Shown piece by piece: positions 40,618 through 50,235 of a stretch of 64,000 nucleotides of DNA (positions within the stretch are counted from its first letter, which is position 1; the number at the start of each line of letters is the position of its first letter). This stretch comes from Chloroflexota bacterium (GTDB lineage Bacteria; Chloroflexota; Dehalococcoidia; Dehalococcoidales; UBA5760): assembly GCA_015222205.1 (NCBI GenBank), contig JADFUW010000001.1:44-64043 (forward strand). Direction: 5' to 3'. Below the pieces are notes generated by a model, which was not told the DNA's origin, searched no databases, and worked only from the letters and a program-made list of their open reading frames with translations. A program made the translations under genes and the position numbers.

Positions 40618-43455
40618 TCACCACCTGATTGGCTTCTGCCATGCCTCCTTGAGTTCGCCGAGTGATTTATGGAGAATCCGCTGACCGTTTAAGCCATATA
40701 TTTCTAGCACTCCGGAACCGGTAACCTGACCGATAGTGGCCAGGCTAATGCCCTTCATTATCTCCAGAAATTCATCCTCGCTCTCGGGCGCTACCTCGAC
40801 CAAAAAGCGACTGTTTGATTCCGAGAAGAGTATGAAATCGTCCCGGGCTACAGGCTCACCCAGTGGCACCGGCTTCAAATGGACTAGCGCCCCCAGCCCC
40901 CCAGCAAATGCCATCTCCGCTACAGCTACTCCGATACCACCCTCACTCAGGTCATGGCAGGCTCGAACTAAGCCTTTTGCAGTAGCCACACTTAATCTAT
41001 CCATCAGCTCTTTCCCGTGATGTGGGTTTACCCGGGGCACGCTATTGCCGATAAGACTATGAATCCTAAGGTACTCCGAGCCTCCCAGTTCATTCTGCGT
41101 GGTGCCGACCAGATAAATAATGTCGCCAGCTTGCTTAAAGTCCATTGATACAGCTCGGTTTACATCCTCCATAACACCGATGGCGGAGATGAGCAGGGTG
41201 TGGGGGATAGAAATAACCTTGCCCTCGTATTCGAACTCGTTGTACAGGCTATCCTTTCCAGAGATAAATGGGGTCTCATATATGGTTGCCATATCATAAC
41301 AAGCCTGAGCTGCCCTCACCAGAGCACCGAGTATATCTGGCTGCTGGACATTACCCCAGCAGAAGTTATCCAGCAGGGCTACCTTCGTTAGATTACCGCC
41401 CACAGCGATAATCTGTCTTAAGGCTTCATCAATAGCTGAGGCTGCCATCCAGTAGGGGTCAATCTCCCCGTATCTCGGGTTTATACCGCAAGCGACGATA
41501 ACCCCCCCTTCTGAATTTAAGACCGGCCTGATGATAGCCGCATCACCTGGCCCATCGTTATCCTTTCCCACCAGAGGTTTGAGAACACTGGCTCCCTGCA
41601 CCTCATGGTCGTACTGCCGTATTACCCACTCCTTGCTGCACACATTCCACGAGCCAAGAATCTGAAGCAGAGCCTCACCTAAATCTTGGGGGCAGGTGAA
41701 ATCGGGTTCACTGGGCCGTGGTTGCGTCCATACGGCTTCCCGCTCGATTTGGGGGAGACCATCGTGTAGGAATTCCATATCAAGGTCACATACCAGATTG
41801 CCTTGGTAGAGGAGCTCTAGCCGTCGCTCACCGGTAAACTCACCGATAACTACAGCCTCGACATCTTCACTGGCAAAAAGGTCTAATAATTCGGTGGCAC
41901 ACTCTGGTGGGACTGCCAGTAGCATGCGCTCCTGAGATTCCGAGACCCATATTTCCGTATAAGAAAGCCCAGCATACTTTAGCGGCACCTTATCCAGATA
42001 CACCCGTACCCCGGTACTGGCTCCCATCTCACCCACTGCCGAGGAAAGCCCCCCCCCTCCACAATCAGTTATCCGGGAGTAGAGCTGGCGGTCCCTAGCT
42101 TGGAGTAGAATGTCAATAAGCTTTTTCTCCACAATGGGATTACCAATCTGGACTGAGCTATAGGAAGAGGCACTTGACTCTTCGGTGAGCTGTTCTGAAG
42201 CAAAGGTGACCCCGTGTATACCGTCGCGCCCGGTTTTGCCCCCGACCAGTACCACCAAATCGCCAGGTTGCTGCTGACCCCTCGGGGCCAGTTCTTTAGG
42301 TAGTAGCCCTAGTGTGCCGCAGAAGACAAGGGGATTAGCCAGATAGCGGTCATCGAAGAGTACCGCTCCGTTAAGGGTAGGTATCCCCAGGCGGTTGCCG
42401 TAGTCAGCCACCCCCGCCCGGACCCCCTTAAAGATGCGCCGGGGATGCAACACGCCCTTGGGCAGTTTTTCATACGGGAAATCGGGGGGTGCAAAACAGA
42501 ATACGTCGGTGTTTAGTATTGGCTTGGCACCTAATCCGGTACCCAGAGGGTCCCTGACCACCCCACCAATACCGGTGGCGGCACCCCCATAGGGTTCGAT
42601 TGCCGAGGGGTGGTTATGGGTCTCAACCTTAAAACATAGCGCCCAGCGGCCATCAAGGTCAATCACGCCGGCATTATCGGCAAAAACAGAGAGGCACCAT
42701 GGTTTATTCAGCTCCTCGGTTACCTTCATAATAGTATTCTTGATTAGGTTATCTATGATTGTTTCCCCCAGTTTGATCTTGGCCTTAAACGTCTTATGAA
42801 CACAGTGCTCAGACCAGGTTTGGGCCAGTGTCTCCAGTTCGGCATCGGTGGGGTTTCGCCCCTGCTTTTGAAAATAAGCAGAAATAGCCTTAAGCTCATC
42901 TTTACTAAAGCCAAACTGCTGTTCTGCTTGCGTGATATCTAACTCTTTTAGGGTAAATTCATACCGGGGATTTTCCGGGAATGCCACTGGTTCCTCTCTA
43001 ACAACATGTTGAATAATCGGGTTTACCAGCAGTTTACTGCATATCGCCTCTAACTCTAGCGCATTCAATTGCCCTTCAATGAGATACCGTTTGGCTGTCT
43101 TAATTGCCCTGATATCTACTACGCCCAAATCCTTAAGTGCCTTGATAATAGTATCCTCAATTGGGTCGGTGACGCCGGCATTATAGGCAACCTCAACGCT
43201 ATGGTGCTCGGTACCGGCTTCACCCTCAGGGCGGGGATACTGTCCATGCCAGTATTCTTGGGTTACCGGGTCAACGAGCAGGCGGCGGCAGACGAGTTCC
43301 AGCGCCTCTGGTGTTAGCTCGGCGTCCACCCGGTATATATCAACCACGCGGACATTAGATACCGAGGGTATTCCCAGGTCATGTATATCCCTGACCAAAC
43401 CCAGCCCTCTGGCATCAGGTAGATGTTTTTTTAAGCTCACTTCGACTTTATGCAT
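40618..43455 (-). CDS. purL: FGAM synthase PurL with N-terminal PurS-like domains
   Basis: QTWSEHC.HK, ETHNHPSAIEPYGGA, SESQERM; two N-terminal segments ending LLVDPV and LLVNPI. Confidence 0.96.
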   Translation of the reverse strand: MHKVEVSLKKHLPDARGLGLVRDIHDLGIPSVSNVRVVDIYRVDAELTPEALELVCRRLLVDPVTQEYWHGQYPRPEGEAGTEHHSVEVAYNAGVTDPIEDTIIKALKDLGVVDIRAIKTAKRYLIEGQLNALELEAICSKLLVNPIIQHVVREEPVAFPENPRYEFTLKELDITQAEQQFGFSKDELKAISAYFQKQGRNPTDAELETLAQTWSEHCVHKTFKAKIKLGETIIDNLIKNTIMKVTEELNKPWCLSVFADNAGVIDLDGRWALCFKVETHNHPSAIEPYGGAATGIGGVVRDPLGTGLGAKPILNTDVFCFAPPDFPYEKLPKGVLHPRRIFKGVRAGVADYGNRLGIPTLNGAVLFDDRYLANPLVFCGTLGLLPKELAPRGQQQPGDLVVLVGGKTGRDGIHGVTFASEQLTEESSASSYSSVQIGNPIVEKKLIDILLQARDRQLYSRITDCGGGGLSSAVGEMGASTGVRVYLDKVPLKYAGLSYTEIWVSESQERMLLAVPPECATELLDLFASEDVEAVVIGEFTGERRLELLYQGNLVCDLDMEFLHDGLPQIEREAVWTQPRPSEPDFTCPQDLGEALLQILGSWNVCSKEWVIRQYDHEVQGASVLKPLVGKDNDGPGDAAIIRPVLNSEGGVIVACGINPRYGEIDPYWMAASAIDEALRQIIAVGGNLTKVALLDNFCWGNVQQPDILGALVRAAQACYDMATIYETPFISGKDSLYNEFEYEGKVISIPHTLLISAIGVMEDVNRAVSMDFKQAGDIIYLVGTTQNELGGSEYLRIHSLIGNSVPRVNPHHGKELMDRLSVATAKGLVRACHDLSEGGIGVAVAEMAFAGGLGALVHLKPVPLGEPVARDDFILFSESNSRFLVEVAPESEDEFLEIMKGISLATIGQVTGSGVLEIYGLNGQRILHKSLGELKEAWQKPIRW

Positions 43456-43588
43456 TAATTCGCCTGCCTTTTTAAGTAAACTGCAACCCTATGCACTAGC
43501 TAGCTCTATTATACCACCTTGAAAAACTAAGAGGGGCAAGAGCCCCTCTATCAAAATAACTTTTTTCTGGAACTTACTGCAAATCATA

Positions 43589-44041
43589 CTATGAACTCAA
43601 TAACTCGGTTACTACCTCGTTTATCTCTCGCCCGTCAGCTCTGCCTTTAAGCTGAGGGATAATCTGAGACATAACCCTTCCCTTGTCGCCGGGTCCCTGT
43701 GCCCCTGCCTCGGCAATAACCTGACGGGCCTTAGCGATAATTTCCTCCCGGGTCAACTGCTGGGGTAGATATTCCTGAAGTATAGCTAGCTCGGCCTCTT
43801 CTTGAGCCACCAGGTCTTGGCGATTACCTTGCCTGAAGGCTTCAATGCTCTCGTGACGTTGCTTAACCTCCTTGGCGATAACACCGAGGATATCAGCATC
43901 AGCCAGAGTAGCGTGCTGGGCAATCTCAGCATTTTTAATGGCGGCCATCACCAGTCGGAGCACGGAACGCCTTACATTATCTCCAGCCCTTATTGCCTGC
44001 TTCAGGTCAGTTTCTAATTTTTGTTTTAAATTAGCTTCCAC
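43589..44041 (-). CDS. GatB/YqeY-domain protein
   Basis: KQRHESIEAF..GNRQDL...YLPQQL...GRADG. Confidence 0.92.
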   Translation of the reverse strand: MEANLKQKLETDLKQAIRAGDNVRRSVLRLVMAAIKNAEIAQHATLADADILGVIAKEVKQRHESIEAFRQGNRQDLVAQEEAELAILQEYLPQQLTREEIIAKARQVIAEAGAQGPGDKGRVMSQIIPQLKGRADGREINEVVTELLSS

Positions 44042-44143
44042 TCTAGCCCCTCTGGTAATGACTCAGATTTTACTTGTCAGGTGATAAAGAGTGTGAGCGC
44101 TTAGATTAAAGGACGAGATTACTGGCAATCTCCTAAGATTCTA

Positions 44144-44332
44144 TTAACTCCTCACCGCTCTGGCAGATTTGCGTCTTTTAGCGGCTCGCTTCCGCTTTCG
44201 CTGCGCACTAGGCTTCTCATAGTGTTCACGGCGGCGCACTTCCGACAGGATACCATCCTGTTGCACCCTTTTGTTAAACCGTTTGAGCAAACTGTCAAAG
44301 CTCTCGTTATCACCGGCGACTACATTAGCCAC
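44144..44332 (-). CDS. rpsU: 30S ribosomal protein S21
   Basis: [10 protein letters not shown]...[10 protein letters not shown]. Confidence 0.96.
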   Translation of the reverse strand: MANVVAGDNESFDSLLKRFNKRVQQDGILSEVRRREHYEKPSAQRKRKRAAKRRKSARAVRS

Positions 44333-44588
44333 ATAGCATCAGCCTCCTTTAGACCCTCAATAAATATTGTGCCTTGATGCTACTAAATACTAAAGATAAC
44401 TAAATACTAAAGATAATTTAAGGGTAAAGCCTCACCACCACTTTCCCTCTCTCGTGCTGTGAGTGAGGGTCAGGGTATAAGACCAGTTAAACATCCTCAT
44501 TTTAATTGGCATGAGCTAGTCCTGTCAAGGATGGGCGGGTAGGTTGCGCCCTCCTCTGGTTCACCACATAGCCCTGTAGAAACCAGCC

Positions 44589-45932
44589 TTAATGGGTGCT
44601 TCTCTTTAGTATCTCACGGGCGGCTAGTACACCCGAAGCTGATGCCTGAATTAACCCCCGACTGACCCCGGCGCCATCACCGCAGGCAAACATATTGCTT
44701 ACCTCGGTTTCCAGGCTAGGACTAAGGTGAGGCCGGCAGGAATAGAATTTGACCTCAACCCCATAAAGCAATGTATGTTTAGATGCCACCCCCGGCGCCA
44801 GTTTATCTATTGCCTGGAGCATCTCCATAAGCCCGGTAAGGTGACGGTAGGGGAGAACAAAGCTGAGGTCGCCCGGCGTAGCCTTACTTAGGGTAGGTCT
44901 AACTATGCCCCGCTCAATGCGGGCTGGGGTAGAGCGATGACCTTCGGTGAGGTCACCCAGTCGCTGTACCAGCACCCCACCACTAAGAATATTAGCCAGT
45001 CTAGCCAGATACTTGCCATAGGCAATAGGCTCCCGGAACGGCTCGGTGAAGTTTGTGCTTACCAGCAGGGCAAAATTAGTGTTGTTACTCCTGTGGTTAG
45101 TGTAACTCTGCCCGTTAACCGTGATAACGGGGTCAGCGCCACCAGTAGTCTCCAGGGTAACCTCACCACCGGGACACATGCAGAATGTTCTAATCCGATC
45201 ATCAAAGCTCTTGGACAGGAACTCTAGTTTTGCTTCATATAGCACATCGGTTAACTTCTCCGTTACGGCCATGGGTACCTCCACTCTAATGCCAACGTCA
45301 ACCGGGTTATTATACATAGTTAGTTTAAGTTGCTTGGCCTGTGTAGATAACCAGTCCGCCCCCTCCCTACCGGGGGCTAAAATCAGGTAATTACAGTCAA
45401 GCCTCTCGCCGGTCTCAGTTTCAATCCCTTTAACCTCACCATTATCGGCAATAACCGCGCTAGCCATGACCTCAAGCCTGATTTCCAGGCGCGACATAAG
45501 GTAATCTCGCATTGCCTTGAGCACCAAGCGGCAACGCTCAGTGCCTAAATGACGGAGAGGCACCGGTATTAGACGTAGCCCTGCCAGGGATGCTTGACGG
45601 CCAATCTTGTCAATCTCATCGCCTACCCCGTAGAGCTTATCGGAAGCGCCGAACTTGAGGTATGTGTCATCGACATACTTAATCAGAGATTTAGTGTCGT
45701 CCTTACCGAGATAATCTTGAAGCCGACCCCCCACCTGTGGTGTTAGTGTTAGCTTACCATCGCTATAGGCACCAGCCCCACCTAAACCACAAACCAGGTT
45801 GGTGCGTTTATCAATGTCCTTACCCTTCTCAATAAGTAAAATACTAATATCGGGTTTCTGAGAGAGCTCTAAAGCGGCAAAGATACCAGCCGGGCCACCG
45901 CCTACAATAATAACATCGTATCTCTTAGTCAT
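44589..45932 (-). CDS. NAD(P)/FAD-dependent oxidoreductase
   Basis: IIVGGGPAG, GGAGAYSDGKL, RTFCMCPGG, YGVEVKFYS, GDGAGVSRG. Confidence 0.9.
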   Translation of the reverse strand: MTKRYDVIIVGGGPAGIFAALELSQKPDISILLIEKGKDIDKRTNLVCGLGGAGAYSDGKLTLTPQVGGRLQDYLGKDDTKSLIKYVDDTYLKFGASDKLYGVGDEIDKIGRQASLAGLRLIPVPLRHLGTERCRLVLKAMRDYLMSRLEIRLEVMASAVIADNGEVKGIETETGERLDCNYLILAPGREGADWLSTQAKQLKLTMYNNPVDVGIRVEVPMAVTEKLTDVLYEAKLEFLSKSFDDRIRTFCMCPGGEVTLETTGGADPVITVNGQSYTNHRSNNTNFALLVSTNFTEPFREPIAYGKYLARLANILSGGVLVQRLGDLTEGHRSTPARIERGIVRPTLSKATPGDLSFVLPYRHLTGLMEMLQAIDKLAPGVASKHTLLYGVEVKFYSCRPHLSPSLETEVSNMFACGDGAGVSRGLIQASASGVLAAREILKRSTH

Positions 45933-46110
45933 TTTATTTAAGCAGTGCCATTGTATAATTCTCAGCCTTAGCCGTCAAGAAACAGAATTTAACAGAATTT
46001 TAATGCTATTTTTATGGACGTTTAATGCCAGTAGGCTAGTATACAAGAGGCAAGAGTTCTAAGCGAGGGTTGCTTTTACGCCATTTGGGGGATATTACAA
46101 TCTAGGGATT

Positions 46111-46174
46111 TTGACATTTGGCGAAAAATATGATACTATTTACATATTGACACTTGTCCGATGGAGGTTATAAT
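46111..46174 (+). promoter_or_regulatory. Two tandem sigma70 promoters for the XRE regulator
   Basis: TTGACA-17-TACTAT (46111-46139) and TTGACA-16-TATAAT (46147-46174). Confidence 0.6.
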
Positions 46175-46180
46175 TAAGTC

Positions 46181-46570
46181 ATGGTCAGTAGTAATCGGGG
46201 TGATTTTGGTGAGATAATCAGGCAGCAAAGGGTTATGATGTCGCTTACCCTGGGGGAGTTAGCCAAGAAGTCACTGGTATCGGCATCACATCTAGGCCGT
46301 ATAGAGAGGGGAGAGCGTTTTCCCTCCGCCCGTATCCTGCGTCGGCTGGCTAAACCTTTGGACTTTGAAGAGAATGAGCTATTTGCTTTGGCTGGTTATC
46401 TGTCCTCTCGTTCCCTTAGCGTAGCTGAAGAGAGCCCAGCCTATGCTGGTCGGCGATTGGACCCTTACGTTGCCAAGGTGTTATCACAAGAGCCGGTTGA
46501 GGTGCAGCGGGCGGTCATTGGTATCCTCAGCATCCTGAAGAGCATCGCCACCAGCATGACCAAAGAGTAG
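46181..46570 (+). CDS. XRE-family HTH transcriptional regulator
   Basis: IRQQR...LTLGELAKKSLVSASHLGRIERGER.PS. Confidence 0.9.
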   Translation: MVSSNRGDFGEIIRQQRVMMSLTLGELAKKSLVSASHLGRIERGERFPSARILRRLAKPLDFEENELFALAGYLSSRSLSVAEESPAYAGRRLDPYVAKVLSQEPVEVQRAVIGILSILKSIATSMTKE

Positions 46571-46594
46571 ACGCCATAGGATGTGGGGGAATGA

Positions 46595-46807
46595 CTAAGT
46601 ATAGACGGCTATGACTACTGCTTCTTTGGGGTTATATTCATCAAAGAAGATGACAGCTACCTTCCGGCCCAGTGCCATTTCGGCAGTGGGTAGATTTCTG
46701 GCCACGGTAACACCCTTAAGATAAGCCTTATAGCTACCAGTGAGCTGGATAGTAGCTTCGTAGTCTGTAGAATTAAAACCCTTTAGTATTGCTTTCTTAA
46801 GTCTCAT
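46595..46807 (-). CDS. Small beta-rich protein; last gene of the phage-like structural operon
   Basis: 70-aa ORF with AAGGAG RBS, co-oriented with the cluster. Confidence 0.65.
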   Translation of the reverse strand: MRLKKAILKGFNSTDYEATIQLTGSYKAYLKGVTVARNLPTAEMALGRKVAVIFFDEYNPKEAVVIAVYT

Positions 46808-46835
46808 TTTGCTTATCTCCTTTAAATTTTTAATA

Positions 46836-46918
46836 ACCCTATCCCCTTTATCCCCTTCCCCTTAACAAGGGGAAGGGGAGGATATTTTAAGAGGGGCTTT
46901 GCCCCTCTAACTCCCCCG
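46836..46918. repeat. REP-like double-hairpin repeat
   Basis: Near-identical to 8623-8710. Confidence 0.8.
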
Positions 46919-46988
46919 ATGTCAGGGGGTATGGACAGGCGACAGAAGAAGAGCCTATTAGTAATCCTTGATTACTACCTCGGGGGAT

Positions 46989-48992
46989 TTATACTGCTCC
47001 CAGTAGCAACCGCTCCTCGTATTCCCTGCGGAGAGGGTGGTAAACCAGAATTAGTCCGAGTACCCTCTTTTTTTCACTACTAAGCCCCACTCGGCTGTCG
47101 GTTATGTCAATGACATCATATAGCTGCTGTCCGCAATTGGGCGGGATGCGAATAGCCCCGCTAGTTGATTCTATCTCAGCCTGCCTTAAATAGGCCTCCC
47201 CTCGCTGCTCGGCTTGAGACACGCTACCTATATTCCTGTCCTCAAGCTGGTGTAGCCGGTCATAGAGCCTGTCTATCTCATCCCAGGAGAAGCGGTCAAC
47301 AACAATTGGCTCATCATTTATCGGGTCGTAGCCCTCAACCTGAATGCGATTAAGCTCCCAGCCTCCCTTTTGGTATTTTCCGTCTAGTATGGGATGGGCT
47401 GAGCCATAGGAATACACAGAACTATCGGCGGACTCAGGATTAACCACGTAGGCTTTACTGCCCTCGATAAACACGACATCGGGGACGAAGGATAGTAGCT
47501 TTCTTAAGACCGTATCCCCGGTATTATTAGGATGGATGGTAAAGTCCGGGTAGTAGCTATCTAAAACTGTTGACTGAGATTTAACCTCAAGCTTGAGTCC
47601 ACATCGGCCTAACACAAAAGCCAGGAGTTCTTTAACGCTCATATCATCACTTGCCTTATTCCACCGGAACTGGTGTCGGGCTCGCCAGTTTTTAGCTAAG
47701 TCCCAGCCGTCTGAGGCATGTAGAATAAGGCTGGCTTTGCCCCCGGAGCTGGTATGCTCACAGGCTGTAACCCAGAAAGCTAGACCGGAACTAATCTCGT
47801 TGCCCTGAGAGGTAGTATAGCCCGGGCTTAGCTCTAACTGACAGCCTATATCAAGGACGGTAAGCTCGCCCTCCCTCGGTGAGGCATAGTGCCCGTTACT
47901 GTTATCTAGCTCGACTATTAGCCTCCCTTCCCCTTTAGTGAGTTCCTGCCTTACACTTAAGACATCAGCGGTTAATTCAAGGCTCTCCTCGGTGAGTTTT
48001 GCCCGCCATACACCGCTGGGACTTGACAGCCAGCAGTAGTCGCCATAATGGGCTATGGCCAGTCCGTACTCACTGGACAGGTTAAACGGCACTGGCTCAT
48101 GCCACAGGTTATTACTAAAATCGGTGTCGGGGACAGAGTGTGACCAGAAGGGGCGGCTGTAGGCTTCGGTGCCGGTAAACTTCTCAATGAAGAAACACCG
48201 ATAGGCATCGGGCTTAGCCATAAACGCCCGGCGGTATTCAAAGTTACCATCTGAGGGGGCTGAAGCAAACGGCTTTAAGCCAGACCAGGTACCTGATGGT
48301 AGCTCACCGCCGTCGCCGTAGATAAGCGACCACAGCTTAAAGTTACCATCTGAGTCCTTACCGGTAATAAAGAGATTAAAGTCGCTATCATAACAAGCGG
48401 CCACTCCGGATAAATCACCGGTGGTTTTATCCCAGGCGACCTTGCTCTGCCAGCTACCACCTACATACTTTTTAACATACAGGGTTGCCTGGTCAGCAAA
48501 GAACAGGGCGATATCACCGTTTGGCTTATAGCTGGCAGCGATACCGTAGATAGCCGTGGTTGGCGAGTAATCAATAAGCTCTGGAGTGCCCCAGCTAGCC
48601 CCGTAATCGGTGCTTTTTAGCTGGTAAATTCCCCGGTCGCTCTTTATCCAGAAGATAGAGACCTCAGCCCCCAGCGAGCTGGCGGTTACGATAACGGCAT
48701 TATACTGGTTACAGTATGTCCACTGGCTGAAATCTGATTCCGGGTTGGGGTTAGCTACCCTTTGCCGGTAGAGCTTCCTGCCATCGGCTGGGGGCGTCAG
48801 CCTCAGCCTGATGAGAGAGCCATCACCGGGGATAGTTAAGGCGTGAAAGTAGTCAGTCTCGGCGCCGGTGTACAGCCGTGTCCAGTCTAACCTCGGAGTA
48901 CCGGTGATTTTATTCTTGGCTTCAACCTTGACATAAGGGGTGCGGCTGGCTTCCTTCTGAGCGGCTAGCAGCGTTGGCGATAGGCTTCTCAA
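46989..48992 (-). CDS. Putative virion tail/baseplate-hub-like protein with beta-propeller region
   Basis: 667 aa; Asp-box STDYGASW; C-terminal QLYDVIDITD similar to tail hub ends; AGGAGG-TTG start. Confidence 0.55.
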   Translation of the reverse strand: MRSLSPTLLAAQKEASRTPYVKVEAKNKITGTPRLDWTRLYTGAETDYFHALTIPGDGSLIRLRLTPPADGRKLYRQRVANPNPESDFSQWTYCNQYNAVIVTASSLGAEVSIFWIKSDRGIYQLKSTDYGASWGTPELIDYSPTTAIYGIAASYKPNGDIALFFADQATLYVKKYVGGSWQSKVAWDKTTGDLSGVAACYDSDFNLFITGKDSDGNFKLWSLIYGDGGELPSGTWSGLKPFASAPSDGNFEYRRAFMAKPDAYRCFFIEKFTGTEAYSRPFWSHSVPDTDFSNNLWHEPVPFNLSSEYGLAIAHYGDYCWLSSPSGVWRAKLTEESLELTADVLSVRQELTKGEGRLIVELDNSNGHYASPREGELTVLDIGCQLELSPGYTTSQGNEISSGLAFWVTACEHTSSGGKASLILHASDGWDLAKNWRARHQFRWNKASDDMSVKELLAFVLGRCGLKLEVKSQSTVLDSYYPDFTIHPNNTGDTVLRKLLSFVPDVVFIEGSKAYVVNPESADSSVYSYGSAHPILDGKYQKGGWELNRIQVEGYDPINDEPIVVDRFSWDEIDRLYDRLHQLEDRNIGSVSQAEQRGEAYLRQAEIESTSGAIRIPPNCGQQLYDVIDITDSRVGLSSEKKRVLGLILVYHPLRREYEERLLLGAV

Positions 48993-49005
48993 GTTAGACC
49001 TCCTT

Positions 49006-49200
49006 TTAATTCCCTAACTGTCCTGGGACCCAGGGCGTTCCCCAGAAGATATGGCCGAGCAGGATGCCGATACCTGTGGCTAGCCCTAGCCAGAGAAGCG
49101 GCTTGCGGTGATAGGAGTCCCGGATAATATAGGTCCAGGGACGTCTGCCTACCCTTGACCACATGGTTTTATAAAGGCAACACAGCCAATCTTGCTTCAT
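49006..49200 (-). CDS. Small single-TM protein
   Basis: MKQDWLCC...LLWLGLATGIGILLGHIFWG. Confidence 0.55.
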   Translation of the reverse strand: MKQDWLCCLYKTMWSRVGRRPWTYIIRDSYHRKPLLWLGLATGIGILLGHIFWGTPWVPGQLGN

Positions 49201-49314
49201 AGCTCTCTTCAAGCCTCACCTTCTTGGTCGCAGGGTTTTATAAAGACGACACAGCCGATCTTGCTTCATAGCTCTCTTTAAGCCTCACCTTCTTGGTCAC
49301 AGGGTTTTATAAAG
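49165..49314. repeat. 69-bp tandem repeat (two copies plus a partial third)
   Basis: ggttttataaag recurs at 49165, 49234 and 49303. Confidence 0.9.
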
Positions 49315-49334
49315 ATAACGTGCCCAGTTCTGCT

Positions 49335-49523
49335 TTATGGCTTTTCCTTGAGCCGTTTCATGGCTCTCTCGCCGAAGTATTCTATGATGACGGCGGTAAT
49401 TAGCCCGGCGAGCAGTTGAGGTATCTCCACCCCGGTTATGACACAGATGCCATAAACCAAAAACCCCCAGACGATGATAAATGGTCTGATAATACTCTTT
49501 ATGAAGTCTGCCCACTCTTTCAT
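49335..49523 (-). CDS. Holin-like two-TM protein
   Basis: 62 aa, two TM helices, ends YFGERAMKRLKEKP (basic tail). Confidence 0.55.
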   Translation of the reverse strand: MKEWADFIKSIIRPFIIVWGFLVYGICVITGVEIPQLLAGLITAVIIEYFGERAMKRLKEKP

Positions 49524-49569
49524 AACTTGCTTCCTGTAGCCTTCTTAAGCATCCTCACTCAGTCTGGGT

Positions 49570-50160
49570 CTATTCTGTGAAGAGCTGCTGGGTTCTAAGC
49601 CTCTGCCGCCGGCCCAGCTGCTTTAGCCTCTCCCTGAAGATTACCAGCCTCTCGTTGCCCCAGGCGCGGTATTCATCAGCAGTCATCTTACCCCCGATAT
49701 TTACCTTGTTTATGGAAAAGGCGGCCCAGCTAATAGCGGCATAGCCACAGGCACCGGTAGCTACTAAGTCCTCATATTTGTCGGGGACAGTGGAGCCGTT
49801 AGCATCAATGGTGTGGAGTGTCCCGTAGTAAACATAGCAATCTGAGCCGTTTGGCTCAGGGCCGCTTATTATGGTTAAGGCATCCCCCCAGATGGAGAAG
49901 CGCTGATACCTAGCCGGGGACTCATCTACTGGATATTCTACGGCTTGAACCATAACCCGATTGCTAAGGCTGGAGATATCCACCTCTCTGGAGCCACTTA
50001 CCGTCGGCAGGGTAGCCTTGGCCGGCAGTGGCACCCTCTCTGATAGCTCCCCTAAGGCGTGGTTAATATGTCTGCTTAGTTCATCATCTGACCACTGGTA
50101 AGGGGTGGTCTCATCCTTAAGGTCACGTCTGACCAGGGTTATCATCTCAGATATATTCAT
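49570..50160 (-). CDS. Putative head-tail adaptor protein
   Basis: LVRRDL.D...WSDDEL..HIN.AL N-terminus typical of phage adaptors; located downstream of the capsid gene. Confidence 0.6.
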   Translation of the reverse strand: MNISEMITLVRRDLKDETTPYQWSDDELSRHINHALGELSERVPLPAKATLPTVSGSREVDISSLSNRVMVQAVEYPVDESPARYQRFSIWGDALTIISGPEPNGSDCYVYYGTLHTIDANGSTVPDKYEDLVATGACGYAAISWAAFSINKVNIGGKMTADEYRAWGNERLVIFRERLKQLGRRQRLRTQQLFTE

Positions 50161-50235
50161 AGATTACCTCCTCAGGCGGTATTTCTGTGTGTCCTGCCTT
50201 GATGCACAGTCTTATATTATCGGCAGCGGCTGAAG

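Noticed and set aside
44383-44420. Short tandem duplication ctaaatactaaagataa upstream of rpsU
   Set aside because: Simple slippage duplication with no evident function
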